Shown: piece after piece, positions 39,007 through 51,417 of the stretch
Layout: each line of letters begins with the position of its first letter
How positions within the stretch are numbered: position 1 is the first letter of the stretch
Assembly: GCF_038025025.1 (NCBI RefSeq)
Contig: NW_027117347.1
Coordinates: 1,364,001 to 1,428,000 of the forward strand
Reading direction: 5' to 3'
Source: Phyllosticta citribraziliensis
Lineage: Eukaryota
DNA: 64,000 nucleotides
Notes under the pieces: model-generated
Database searches by the model: none
What the model was told of the DNA's origin: nothing
The model's input: only the letters and a program-made list of their open reading frames with translations
Translations under genes and position numbers: made by a program

Positions 39007-39833
39007 GGCGGAAGGTTGGCGCGGCAAGGGCGGGAGGTGAGTTTGCTGTAGGGTAGAGCAGAAGGGATCGTGGGCGCAAGAGCGCGAAGGAGGTTTTCTG
39101 GATGTCGCCAGCGATGGTGAGGGAGAGGAGTACGAGCGAACACGAGCAGGAGTAGGTACAGTAGGGAAAGAAAATGGATGGGGCGAAGCGGCACCAAGGC
39201 TGAACCTCACGTGGGGATGGTGACGTCCTCATGGCGGCGACGGCCGAGAGATGCCGTTTCGAGCGGAGGGAGAGAGTCAAGCCTCGCCCTCAGCCACACC
39301 GAGATGCTCCCTCCAGTACGGTACTTCTGTTCCTTCGCCCATCCGCATCCTGATCAACCGCCGTCCCCGGAATCTGCGCCCATCTTGCGTCAAAATGTCG
39401 CGTCTTGTTGACGCCGTTCCTGACCTCTGCCGACGCCCCGAAGCCGCCCGCCACCTGCACCCTCCACTCGGTCCTAACCGTCCGCTTCCCTTACAGCCAT
39501 GATCCCGCACCGCTCGCGCCCTCCGAACCAATCTGTCTGGTCGCGACTAATCCAACCCCACTTGTTACACATCTTTTCTCTCTGTTAACCTGGACGCTGG
39601 AGATCCGCCGCCCGATACGCCCATACCCAACATGCTTATCGATACATGTACCTGTCCGAATCAGGTCGTGGAATCCAGTCGTCAATACATACCATCACGA
39701 ATGACCCCGCAGTCAACTTAAAAATACAGCCCTCTCCTCGCATCCTCCGTCTCCATCAGCCAGCCGTACAACCTCAGTCGAGTGTCTCTGCCGTCCCAAC
39801 ACAAGTCAACCTCCCCGCCAATAGAATCGCGCC

Positions 39834-41121
39834 ATGAGGATAAGCCAAGTAAGCTGAGAGCAGCGCCCCAATCCCGCCAAGGGTCTCGTCCCGTTGCATC
39901 CAATTGACAGCTCCCGAGATATACCAATATCCCATCAAGGCGCTGCGCCCCTCGTCCACATCCACCGGAATCATCACCGCCCAGGGCTTCAAATATGACC
40001 GCCGCTACATGCTGCTCCACGTCCAGCCGGATGGCTCTTTCAAGAACGTGCACGTGGCTCACTATCCCGAAGCAACCCTCTTCACAACATCCATCACGGA
40101 GCCTGCGGGCCAAGATGACCGTGGAACCATCACCATCACCTACAACCCGCCACAAGGGGACTTGAAAGGCAAACCAGATGCGCCCTCGTCGCTAACCATT
40201 CCCCTCATCCCCGACATGGAGGGGCTCAAGCAGCTAGAAATCATCATGCACCGGAGTCCCACGCGCGCCTACGACATGGGCCCTGAGCACGCCGCCTGGT
40301 TCTCCAAACATTTTGGATTCGAAGTCGTGTTGGCATACCTGGGGCCGTACGGCCGCGAGGTGCTCATGTCGCGGGGGCCAGACGCTCCAGTCAAGAAGAG
40401 AGACGAGCAGGGAAACAGCGCCACACCCGGCGCCAGCACGACGTCTTGGCTGGCGAGCATCGCGGGCAGCCTGTCATCAATCCCTCTGTTTGGGGCGCTG
40501 GGCGGCTACCTGTGGAGCGCCTGGCTCGGAGGAGCAAGCCGCGTCGAGCCCGGCTCCAACGCGCAGCACCCCGACGCCGTCGACCCGGAGCTCACCTTCG
40601 CCGACTGCGCGTCGTACCTCATCGTGTCGGCGACGTCGCTCGACGAGCTGTCGTCGCGCATCCCCGGCGACTTCCAGGTCGACGTGACCAAGTTCCGGCC
40701 CAACATCATCATCGAGGGCTGCGCGCTGCCGTGGGACGAGGACTTCTGGGGTGAGATGACCATGGAGACGGAGTCCTCGTCCCCCGCCTCGATGACGCTG
40801 GTCCACAACTGCGCGCGCTGCCCCAGCATCAACATCGACTACGCGACGGGCGCGCCCGGCAAGGGCAACGACGGCCTCGTGCTCAAGGCCATGCAGAAGG
40901 ACCGCCGCGTCGACAAGGGCGCCAAGTGGAACCCCGTCTTTGGCCGCTACGGCTTCACGCCCAAGGGCGACGCCGGCAAGGTGGTCAAGGTCGGCGGCGA
41001 CGTGCAGGTGACGCGGCGCATCGAGGAGCGCACGCGCTTTGGTGAGTAGTGTGAAGCTGACCCTTCCGCAAGTCGCGGCTAACCACCACTTGCAGATTGG
41101 CCGGGCATCTATGGCAACTAG
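39834..41121 (+). CDS. MOSC-domain (mARC/YcbX-like) protein (~387 aa)
   Basis: Exons 39834-39848, 39919-41041 and 41096-41121. MRISQ|IYQYPIK, YDRRYML, FADCASY, KFRPNIIIEG, NCARC, PVFGRYG. Confidence 0.9.
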
Positions 41122-42741
41122 CTTCCTCTTCTCCGGAGGCTTCGAGCTTGCAAGTGGCTAAGTCGTGCGTTGATGCCATTTTCTTTCCGCCTGTCGTCTG
41201 CGTGCCGTTTCCTAGCCTTGCCTTGACTCGCTCCCTTCTCTTTCTCCCCATCTCTCCTCTCTCCGCTCTGGCGTCAACAACAACGACATGATGATTCACG
41301 ATTCGAGCGCGCCGTGGTCGTGGTGCTGTAGGTGTCTCCCAGAAAAAAGAACGGACAGGGAGGCATTTCGCCGGTAACAGATGTAGTAGTGTGTGTAGCT
41401 AGCTATCTCGGTACGTGTGTATCTGCTCACGCCTTTCCACCCATCTTCCTACCTGTTTTATCTTCGTTGTGCCTATCGCGTTCTAGCTGTGCCTGAGCAT
41501 GTGGTCGCAGTAATGTGAGGTACGGCACGGTACGACAAGGTATGGAGGCAGTAAAGATGGCATGTGTGTGTGCGCCGTTTGCCCAGGAAGGCATTTGGCT
41601 CCCTGCCTACCTGCCTGCTTACGCGTACACGTACACTCATCCTGCCCGTGGAGGTCAATCCGGTCTGGGATGAGATGGATGGAGGTAGCTGGGAGCTGGC
41701 TTAGTGGGTACCATGTAGATACACGTACCTCGTGATCCAGATACCTTGGATAAGGTATGTAGCTTCATGTCTCAGCCGGTCTCTTGTCTCTTTGAGACCG
41801 AGGCGCCTGCTAGTCGGCAAGCTCGCTCTAGCACGGGCGTCTGCGTAGATAGAGAAAGAGTGAAAGCAAGAGAGACAGATATGTACGCTTCACGACACGA
41901 GAGAAGACGGAGTTGCGTGAGGAGCCGGATACCAGAGATGAAAAGGTGGATATTGAAAGTGAGCAAGTAGGTAGGTCAGTAGGCCGTCTATGCCGTATCA
42001 ATTCGATGATCGTGACTGCGTGCACACCAACCATGCCGTGCTATCCCTCTGTTTGTTTCTTTCCAACCAACCGAAAAAGAAAAAAAGAAAAAACTCCGCT
42101 GCCTTTGCCCCGGGTATCGCCCATCCATGCCTTCTTTCCTTCCGTTCCGATCCGAACCCCTAAACACCGGCCCTGAAGAAGAGAAATAGAAAGAGAGAGG
42201 GAAAGGAAATCAAAAGACAAAAAAAAAGAAGAAGAGGACCAAGGAAACTCATCTGCTCGCGCCATGGTGCATCGTCGCAGAGGAAAACGTACTGTACAGC
42301 AGAGTCGTACATCAAGAAGAGAAGAGGCGAGCAAGGGTGTGTTTGGAGCGGAGGGTGACTCGCCGACAGAGGTCGCCGGAGCACCCGTGTGCGACGCTAA
42401 CAGACAGACGAGAGATTGAGAAGGTGTCGGTGGTGTGTTTGTTGTGCAAGCCGGCTGTCTGGTGGTGTGCGCACATGACCACCGACCTGCCCTTTTCCAA
42501 ATGGTCCGGTCCTGTTCCAGACCGGATGGGAGTTAGCAGGTCAACGGTCGGCGGCTGCGCGTCGCGCACATGTGCTAGCGCTGTTGGGGCGCTCGCTTCG
42601 CTTGCTTTTTCCAAGGGTGAAGTAGTAAGGCAGGAGATCCGTGGTTTTGTTTACGATGAGTCAGGTAGTTTAGAGGAGCAGGTCGGTCGTCCATTTGGTC
42701 GTGCACAGTCGAGCCAGACTTAGAGCAGCGGACGAGCATCG

Positions 42742-43283
42742 CTACTCGTGCTGAGGATGCGCAGTCGGCGTCGCGTCATCGTGCGAAGCGGCAGTGCTGG
42801 GCGAACACTGCGACGATTCGAGCGAGCCGTTGACCGACGAGGCAGGCGTCGTCTCCGGCGAAACGATATACAGGTCCGGAAACTGGTTGAAGAGCAGGCG
42901 CTTAAACCAGACACTGCGAGGCAGGCAGATGCTGGCGAGGCCGCTTTTGCTGTTGGGGAAGTAGGAGAAGTCGCTCTTTTCCGTGTCGGTCCACAAGTCC
43001 TCGCGCTTGACTTCGACGCGCGAGTCGCCGCGGGGGATTGGCTTGCGCGTCAGGCGCAGGTTCGGGTCTGGATGAGAGGCTGATGAGTGATTTGCAAGAT
43101 GGTGGTGAAGGGCGTGCACGGCGCACCTTTGTCCAGCGTCTTGGAGAGCTCCTCTTGCGACGAGACCTGTAGAGAGCCTCTGTATTTGTAAACGAGGATG
43201 CTGGATGAGTCTTTGTCGTCGAGACCATAGCGCTCGCTGCTCCTCGTCGAGGCGGTGGAGTTGGTGTTCCAGGTTCTAGACAT
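42742..43283 (-). CDS. Small hypothetical protein (~160 aa)
   Basis: Exons 43283-43127 and 43067-42742 join in frame via a GTGCGC..CAG intron; protein-like core (SDFSYFPNSKSGLASICLPRSVWFKRLLFNQFPDLY). Confidence 0.65.
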
Positions 43284-44634
43284 GACTGCAAATAAATGGA
43301 GCGATCGATGGTGGTTTGGCGGAGAGTCAGAAGTGGTAGTGGTAGTGGCTGTGGATAGACAGGCAGCAGCAGGCGCAGCGGGTTTTAATTGTAATAGCGG
43401 GGACAGGTGATGTTGCGGGAGGAGTGGTTGGGAGAGGGAGGTGAGGATGTTGCGTGATGGTGGTAGACCAGAACCAGGGAAGGCGAGCGGACTGTGGCTC
43501 AGACAGCCGGCGCCACTGGGCTGGTGTGGGTGTGCAATGACGTTTGCCGGAGACACAACAACAAAACACTCCGACCGTCTGCACTGGTCCTGCTGACGCT
43601 GTCTGGCGCTGTGATGTCTGCCCGTGCCATGGACGCCCTGGCCCATCACGAGGCGCTTCCCCAGCGCCCACCATCTTGCCGTCGAGAGGGTGGGGAACAA
43701 GAGTCGACATTGAGGAGAACGAACGCGTCGTGAATGATTGCTGCACGACCTACGCTTACTGAGCGACCAGTTGCACAGCAGGCTGGGACAGGACCGAAAG
43801 AAAGAGAAGATGACTCCCGACGCTACAGCCGTTGTTCTGGCAACCCTGCTAACCACGGCCCTGGGAATGAATGCTCCTTGGCTGCGACCTTTTGAGCACT
43901 GGCCTCGCTCGCTACCTTAGTCCTTGAGACTCTCTGCGACGGTCTCGCATTATTCACTCTGAGCGCGATGGAGACGACGTCCGACGGGTAGGTGTTCTCC
44001 AGGGAGCGGAGATCAGAATCGTCAGCCGAGCACGCGGGCGGCCCGGCGTGGTCACGCTGTTGAGGGCCATCCCATGTAGCGGCGGTCTTCTCAGCGTTTG
44101 TCGCTGATATAGCGCGAATATGTATGCAGCGGGCCGTGGGTGTGATGGCAGCGCTAAGGCAGGCACTTGATCCAAGAAAAGCAGATCCACCGCATCCGCA
44201 GCCACACCCGCGCGTCTTGTCGCGCATGATGGGGCCATTGCAGGCCCCTTGACGCGCTGCCTTATTATGCCTCGTTTCCCCATCTTTTTTTTTCTTTCTC
44301 GTCTTTCGGTGACTGCTTCATGCGTTTTCCCAAGTCGACGCCCTTCCGCTCCCTTCCAACTCCAGCCCGCTGACCTCAAAGGTCGACTCGACGACTGCTC
44401 CCTGGGGCCCGCAAACTCCATTTCACTCACTCAAACCGCGTGCCCACTCATTTCCCCACCAACGGACCTCTGAGGAGCATTCGTGTCCAACCTACGAGAC
44501 GCGCAGACGAGGAGGCTTCAAGCTCCATACCCGAGGTCAAGACCACGAGGAGCCTTCATACCCCTGTCAACGTTGGGTAGGGATAGGGACCATTCGACAT
44601 CTTCCCGCGGGCACAGTGGGGGTCATCGAAGGAG

Positions 44635-46617
44635 ATGGCTACCCGAAAGGTGGATCATGGCAAATCAAAACGCTCCTCAAGTCGGCCTCAGAGCGTCAAG
44701 ACCTTTGCCTCGGCCGACGACGATTTCCATAATGGGAATGAGTGGGCGACCACTGTCAAGGACCCGTGGGATCCTTGCATCCTGACTCTGGGTAAGTGAT
44801 GATGGTTCAGGGAGCATTCCTTTGCTCTAACAGTCGTCGAGTACCAGCTAACATGGAACAGACGGTGGTGGTATTCGAGGATACTCGAGCCTGCTCATCG
44901 TCCAGCAGCTAATGCACGAGATTGCCAAATGGGAGACGAGACTCGAGATGGAAGAGGCCGCCGCCGACGCCGAGCGACGCATGAGCGGGACCTCAACGCC
45001 CCCTTTTGAGCCCCGGATCTTCAATGAGCACGAACTGCTGCCTTGTCACTACTTTGATTTCATGTACGGTACGAGTACGGGTGGCCTCATTGCCACCATG
45101 CTGGGCAGATTGAGGATGAGCGTCCCTCAGTGCTTGGACCTGTACAGAAAGGTATGAATGCTCCCAAAGCGCCCTCAGCTACTCATTGGGGATATTCGGC
45201 TAATCCTTGATAGGTTGGAGATGATCTCTTTGGCAAAAGACGGAGCAGACTACCACTAGTCACAAAATACCACCACAAGCCTCTGGAAAGCGCCGTCAAG
45301 GATATTGTGCGGCGGCACTGCAAGAATCACCCTAATGGCGAGTGTGACGGCAACGACTGGTTTCCATTCAACGTAGAAGAGGAGGATCCGGTGAGCTCGC
45401 TGGTACTGCAGCCGACGGAGCGACTTTGCCAAACAATCTGCCTCACTGCCACCCACAACCAGCGGGTCAACGAGGCGCATCTGCTGCGGACATACGACCA
45501 CCGTTACGTCAACGTGCCCAACTACATCACCCTCTACAACGAAGGCGCCGACAAGCTGCACATTTGGGAAGTAACGCGCGCCACCTCGGCCGCGCCCTTC
45601 TACTTCAAGATCCTCGAAGCCGACATCCACGGCGAGATCATGGGCTTCAAGGACGGTGGCATCCGCGAAAACAACCCCGCCGGCGCCGCCTGGTCCGAAT
45701 TCGTGTCGCTGTACGGCGAGAACCGCGACCCGGCCCTCCTCCTGAGCATCGGCACCGGCCGGCCGGACGAGACGCGCGACGGCTTCGCCACGGCGTGGCC
45801 CGGCCCGCTGGGCACGAGCGACCTGATGAAGAAGATGGCCGAGAAGTTTGCCGTCTTCAAGAACCTGCTCATCAAGTACACCGAGGGCGAGGAGCAGCAC
45901 CGCGCCATGGTGCGCATCGCCAAGGGCGAGAACACGTGGTATAAGCGGCTCAATGTGGATACGGGGCTCGAGAAGATGAAGCTGGATAATTGGGAAAAGG
46001 GGTTCTGGGCGGGTCCGGAAGCGTTCGCGAAGCCTGAGGTCGACACTTGGGCGGCAGCGGTTGGCAACTGCGCCAACGGTGTTGATGCGTCGCGCGCCAC
46101 TACTGATGGAGGCAGCACCAAGTCGACAAAATCGGACGCCAACTCACCCACAACGGGCTCTCCTCAGACTCCTACTGCTACTCCGCAGACCAGCCAGCAG
46201 CAGCAGTCGCCCACGACCAAACCAAACACACTCAAAAAGTCACCATCCCCATTCAAAAGGCCACCACGGCCGCCGACACCACCCACCAACAAACCCCCAA
46301 AAGCACCCCGCCCACGGCAAGGCCCACCCAACACACCCAATCACATCGTGCCGGGCGGCGCGACGCTGACGCGCATGGAAGCGGCGACGCGCGAGTACCT
46401 GCAGCGGCCGTTCGACCACAAGTACGACACGTACGGGCCGCCGATGCGCAAGGTGGAGCAGGCGGCGGAGAAGCTGGTCCGGCAGCGGCGGGCGCGCGAG
46501 CGCGGGGCGCGCAGCGAGGCCGTCGATCCGACTCGCCGCTGGGACACGTTTGTCGGCCGCTGGCTGACGGGCAGGTTTGAGGAGGGCGAGGAGGGCATCG
46601 TGAGGTGGGATGTTTGA
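44635..46617 (+). CDS. Patatin-like phospholipase (iPLA2-gamma-like), catalytic motifs intact (~616 aa)
   Basis: Exons 44635-44791, 44862-45151 and 45214-46617. ILTLDGGGIRG, FDFMYGTSTGG, RATSAAPFYF, FKDGG, LSIGTG; Pro/Thr/Lys-rich insertion near the C-terminus. Confidence 0.93.
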
Positions 46618-47753
46618 GGTTGTGGGGGTGAGGTTGAGGGGACGGATGCTCCTTGGTTGATCAAGGATGCTGTCCGCCTTGCAAGACTTACCGGACCTGG
46701 CTCGGCTACCCTCCCCAAGGCGTCGGAAGATGTGGTAAGCCCTCGCTGGGTGTAGCTGCGGCAGCAGACGACAGACAGCTCCCTAGCTCCGTCAACAACA
46801 GTCATCGAATGCTCCCAGGATGCAGTGCGCGCAGTCGTCGCAGTTCTAGCTTGGGGGTATCATTTCTCTGGACACCGACCTTCCCTTCCCGGCCCTGCCC
46901 GCCTCCTGCACGAACCGGACGCGAGCCAAACTCCAGGCTCCCATGGCGACCACGGACGAAACATTCGTTGGCACGCACGCTTCCACACACTTACCCGACA
47001 CAGACAAGAAGAAGACCGACACACTACAAAAAAGGAGAGGAAAGGAAGGCGAGCGAAAGGGATGGGGGACCAAAAAAGAGGATGGTAGACGGGAAGACAG
47101 GCTTGAGGCAGCATAGCATGGCGTGGCATTGCAGGGGTACTGGGGGCGGACTGGCGTGTGCGGAGTAGAGGAGAATAGAGGAAGCAGAGTACACGGACGC
47201 GGACACACACAGACACAAAGGGGCGGGTGGGTGAGTAAAGAAAGTGGGCGGGCGAAGAGAGAGAGAGAGACACACACACAAAGACAGACAGATAACAGCA
47301 TTAGCATAGATGATACCCAACCCAACACTAAATCAAGATTCTCTTTTCCACCTTCACACTCTTCCGCTTCGTCTACTTCCACCTCTCCTTCTGATGCTGA
47401 TGGGTGCTACGGTGTGGGGTCCAAGGGAAGGCAAGGCAAGAGGGAGAGCAGGAAAAGCACACAACAAGATGCATACAGATGGATAGCAGGATAGCGGCAG
47501 CAGTGGCACTATCGTGTAAATACCAGTACCATGATACATACCTACATACATGTCTGGCCGCCAATGTCAACGAACAGTTCAAGCGGTCGACGGCCCTTGA
47601 GCAGCTGCATCGAAGCGCAGTGATTCACAGAGGGAATGTTTTCCATTGGCTTGAAAATTCCTGGTCTTGCACCGAGGCACGTCCTGCTCGCAGTGGAAGC
47701 CTTGGCTAAAGCTGCAAGGGAAGAGCTGTCGCAATTGACACTCGAGGCTTTGA

Positions 47754-49400
47754 TTACTGTACCGTCGGACTCTCCGGTCTTTGAGGCTGAAGATTCTGCC
47801 CAGCTTGACTTTCTTCCCAAGGCGCCTTGTTCTCGTCTTCCCGTCCCAGCGCCGAAGACGCAAGAGGGCCTTCCTGAGACTCCCCCTCATGGGACTCGCC
47901 ACCCTCGATTCTCTTGTCGCCTTCTCCTTGCGTCTCTGCCTCCTGGCCGCCGGTAATTTTCTCTGCTGCAAGGCTTTCTGCGAGCTCTCTCTCGCCCTCG
48001 TCGTACGTTTCGCGCAGCTGCACTTTTTCCTCGACAAAGCGCAACAGTTCCGACTCTTCAATGTCTTCCTCGCTGCTGATGTCAGGGAATTGTCGGCAGA
48101 GGCTCTTCCATGCCAGGTTGTCCCCCTCCATGTAGCACGAGAGGATGATTTCGTTGAACCAGAACTTGCCGTCAGCCATGGACTTTTGCATGAGAGCCGA
48201 AAGCTTCTCCCTACCGCCGTCGCCGTCACCGTCACCGAACTGCTCCCTCTCTTCTCGCACAAGCTCGTCAACGAACTTTCCATACGCCTCCATGTACCGC
48301 GCCAACTCGCAGTGTGGCTCGCTGGGCCACAAGTAACGCGGCAATTTGCCCCAAATGGCGCGCGGTGGATTGTAGCAGAGCTGGAGCGGAGCCGTGTACG
48401 ACCATTCCCAGTCGATGATGGCCACAATCTTCAGCTCCTCTGCGTTATTGACGAGCATGTTTCCATAGCGCAGATCGTCGCAGACTAGCCCAAAGGGCGC
48501 CTTTTCATGCTCTGCGGCGACGAACCTGGGCACCGTCTTGGGAAATAGCCGCGCAAAGACAAATTTGGAGCGTGCATCCTCTGCGTTGTCGACCGAGTTG
48601 GGCTGTTCGTTCAAGTGCTTCCAGTCCATATCAGCGATCCAGCGGAAATACTCGGCGCTGGAGTCAAAGGGGTCCACGCGGTCGCCTGGTCACATCACGT
48701 CAGACGTCTGCCTGCCACCAACTCTCATGAGCGCACACTTGGATTTATTTTTCTCACCTCCAACTTTGATGCCCGAGTGCGCCTCGATTTCTTGCATTTT
48801 CCACGTGAGCGGCGGTCCATGGATGCCAACCTGGCCATCGTCGCCTACAACCAAGGAGCCAATCTTCTCAAACCTGAGCTTGTAGAGTTGGAGAAGGAAT
48901 TTCGACATCTGCCGAAACACGATGCGCATATCTCGGTCGCTGATGTCACTCCTTAAGCTCCGTGACTGCCGCGATGCCGTTGGGTCCTTCCATAGGTCTC
49001 CCAGATTGACGCCCTCGACGAAGTCCATGATTATGAATGGCCCCAGACCGAGACTGTCGTCTGTCGACCGGCCCCATGCGTGGATTGTGGGGATTGGCAG
49101 GCTCGTGTTTGCTTGTAGGTGTTTTATTACGGCCACCTCACGAAGAAGCTTTCCATCTGGATCCATAGTCCGCCCTGGGATAGGAAACCTGACTATCCAT
49201 TTGATGCCATCGTCGAATTCAAAGGGAAAACAGAAGTTGAATGAGCCCGCCAGAGGCAATTGGGTGAGTCGTATGCAGCTGTGGCCCTGGCGGAACGAAG
49301 CCATCCAAGTGGGAAGATCTTCCTGTCGAGCTCGATATTGTTCGATCCATTTGATGGTACGGAGTGCGTGGGTCGTCTCTGCGCGTTCGTCCCAATCCAT
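47754..49400 (-). CDS. Fungal APH/choline-kinase-like phosphotransferase (~524 aa)
   Basis: Exons 49400-48758 and 48685-47754. GSFN, WIVRFPIPG, EVAVIK..T.LPIP, GPFIIMDFVEG, CDDLRYGNMLV, IIDWEW; acidic tail. Confidence 0.9.
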
Positions 49401-50511
49401 GGCTAGCGATTCTGTCGAGTTTCTTGAGGTATCTTGAGGAATTCAAGGGTAGAAGAGGGAGGTTGACGCAGTTGCTGGAAACATGCGGCCAGAGCTGAAC
49501 CCCGCTGATCTGGGTGTTTCTTTGTACGAAGACTTTGCAGAGAGCTTGTCGAATGAGATGTCCCCTGTGGGCCAGCAAAGATATGATGCAAGCTGGATTT
49601 TGCGGTCACGGCTGCACAGGCGAATGGGAGTGAGGCACACAGCCATGCACGTTCGCTTGTCAGCCCTCGCCGTACAACAACATCAGCGGGAAGACAGAAA
49701 CCTGGACCAGGCACATAGCATCTGAATATATTCTCGACCGAATACCATACCGGGAAGGGTCTCGGTCTGAAAACCTATAGGATCAGCTCTCGACACGACA
49801 CTATTTAGAATGGCACAGTTCTTCCCTGAAACGCCGCGGAAAACTTCCACCAAAAGAGTAAAATCAAGACCTGTAAGTGCATCCAGCGTCTGTCTCAGCA
49901 GGCCTGCCATATTGATTGTCGCCATGCAGCAGCCAAAAACACCACCATGGTAAGACTAGCCAGCACAAGTGAGCGAGTCGGCGAAGCAAGTGAATGGAAT
50001 ATGCGGTACTGGTTGCAACAAGGGGGGATTGCGCAGCTGCGAGCAGACACTTCCATTCAGACGGACTGGGCTACAATCTCCACGCACAGATAGTTTACAA
50101 CCCACCAAACGTATCATTTCCTGTCCCCCGCCGGCCGTTTGTGTGGACTTTTGTCAACTCGCGTCTGTTGGCGGGCTGGTGGTGCCGCAGACGCTCGCTG
50201 ATGATTGGCTCAACCCGAAGCGCGCGCTTGTCCAGCATTCCCTCGGCGCCGCAGGCCACACCTACTCCTACATACCTAGGCAGGTTCCTAACCCTGCATC
50301 TCTCACCTTCCCGCTCTTCATTCGACACCGCAGAAGCGGGGAAAAGCGTAAGTTTGTTTGTACATTGGGGAAGGAGCATGACGGATGCTTCATGGGCGCA
50401 GATGCGCTGCTGAGTGAGCGGACTGCCCCCTGGGCGTAGCCGTGGAGGAGGACGAATGCAACTTCGTCCGTTCGGCTTGCTAGGTCACGGTGGCCCGCCT
50501 GGCAGTAACGC

Positions 50512-51417
50512 TTACCATCGTCCTAGACCCAACACTGCCAACGCCGCCACCACCGCCCTACCCAGCAACGCCATCGAAGACGAACCCACACGCCCCGCCG
50601 CACCCGTATACACAGGCGCCGCCGCATCCACCGAGCTAGACACCGCCGCGTCGACGGCCGTAGCAGTGGTGGGCGCCGGCGCGAGCGTGTCCGCCGTCAC
50701 GGCGCCTCCTGCAGCCGAGGGCTCTACTGACGGCAATGTGAGCGTTTTGCCGGACTGCGACTGCTGCTGCCCTTGCTTCGACGACGCCGACGACGATGAG
50801 GGCGTAGTGGCAGACTTGGCCGTGGTCGTGGTGGCGTGCGCCTGCTTCGATGACGCTGACGATGCTGACGATGAGGAGGGCGCGGCCGTCGCCGTCGCCG
50901 TCGCCGTCGTCTTCAGAAGCGCCGTGCCGACGCTGGTGCCGTTGGCGTCGAGCGAGGGGGTAGCGAAGGGCAAGAGGGGGGCCGTGGCGTAGCAGGTAGC
51001 GCAGCCGGCGACGATGGTCTGCGCGACGAGGGGGCGGACGACGGTGAAGGGGCCGCCGTGGGTGAGGGTGAGGGTTGTGGGCTGCAGTAGTAAGAGGTGA
51101 GTTGTTAGATGGATGCTAGGTCTATATATTTAGGAGAGTAGGCCTGCTGATTTGGGGGCCGGCTGGCTGGCAGACGTTGGGTATGGAGAGTGCGTATGAC
51201 GTACTTCGGAGATGGTGTACGTTGTGTCCGGCAGCGCCAGCTGTGTGGGGGCGGAGAAGTAGGTCGTGTAGGCCGACACGGTCTCGGTGATGTAGGCGAC
51301 GGTGTTGAAGTTGATGTATGGCGTGTAGGCGGACGGCGAGGCGAATGACGAGGAAACGGCCGCGTGAGTGCCAGCGGCAAAGACGACGGCAGTGGTTGCG
51401 AAGGTGGAGAAGCGCAT
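50512..51417 (-). CDS. Ccg-6/Mmc-like Ser/Thr/Ala-rich GPI-anchored cell-wall protein (~260 aa)
   Basis: Exons 51417-51205 and 51081-50512. Signal peptide MRFSTFATTAVVFAAG, TETVSAYTTY..PT...TYTISEPTTLTLT, C-terminal YTGAA followed by a hydrophobic tail. Confidence 0.8.

Noticed and set aside
43284..43856. N-terminal extension of ORF 43050-43856
   Set aside because: Low-complexity leader-like sequence; the ATG at 43283 plus one intron gives a more coherent gene.
47754..49400. Apparent frameshift between two APH ORFs, or a Spok-like meiotic-drive kinase
   Set aside because: A canonical intron (48757-48686) joins them in frame; no Spok coiled-coil, nuclease or Cys-cluster domains are visible.
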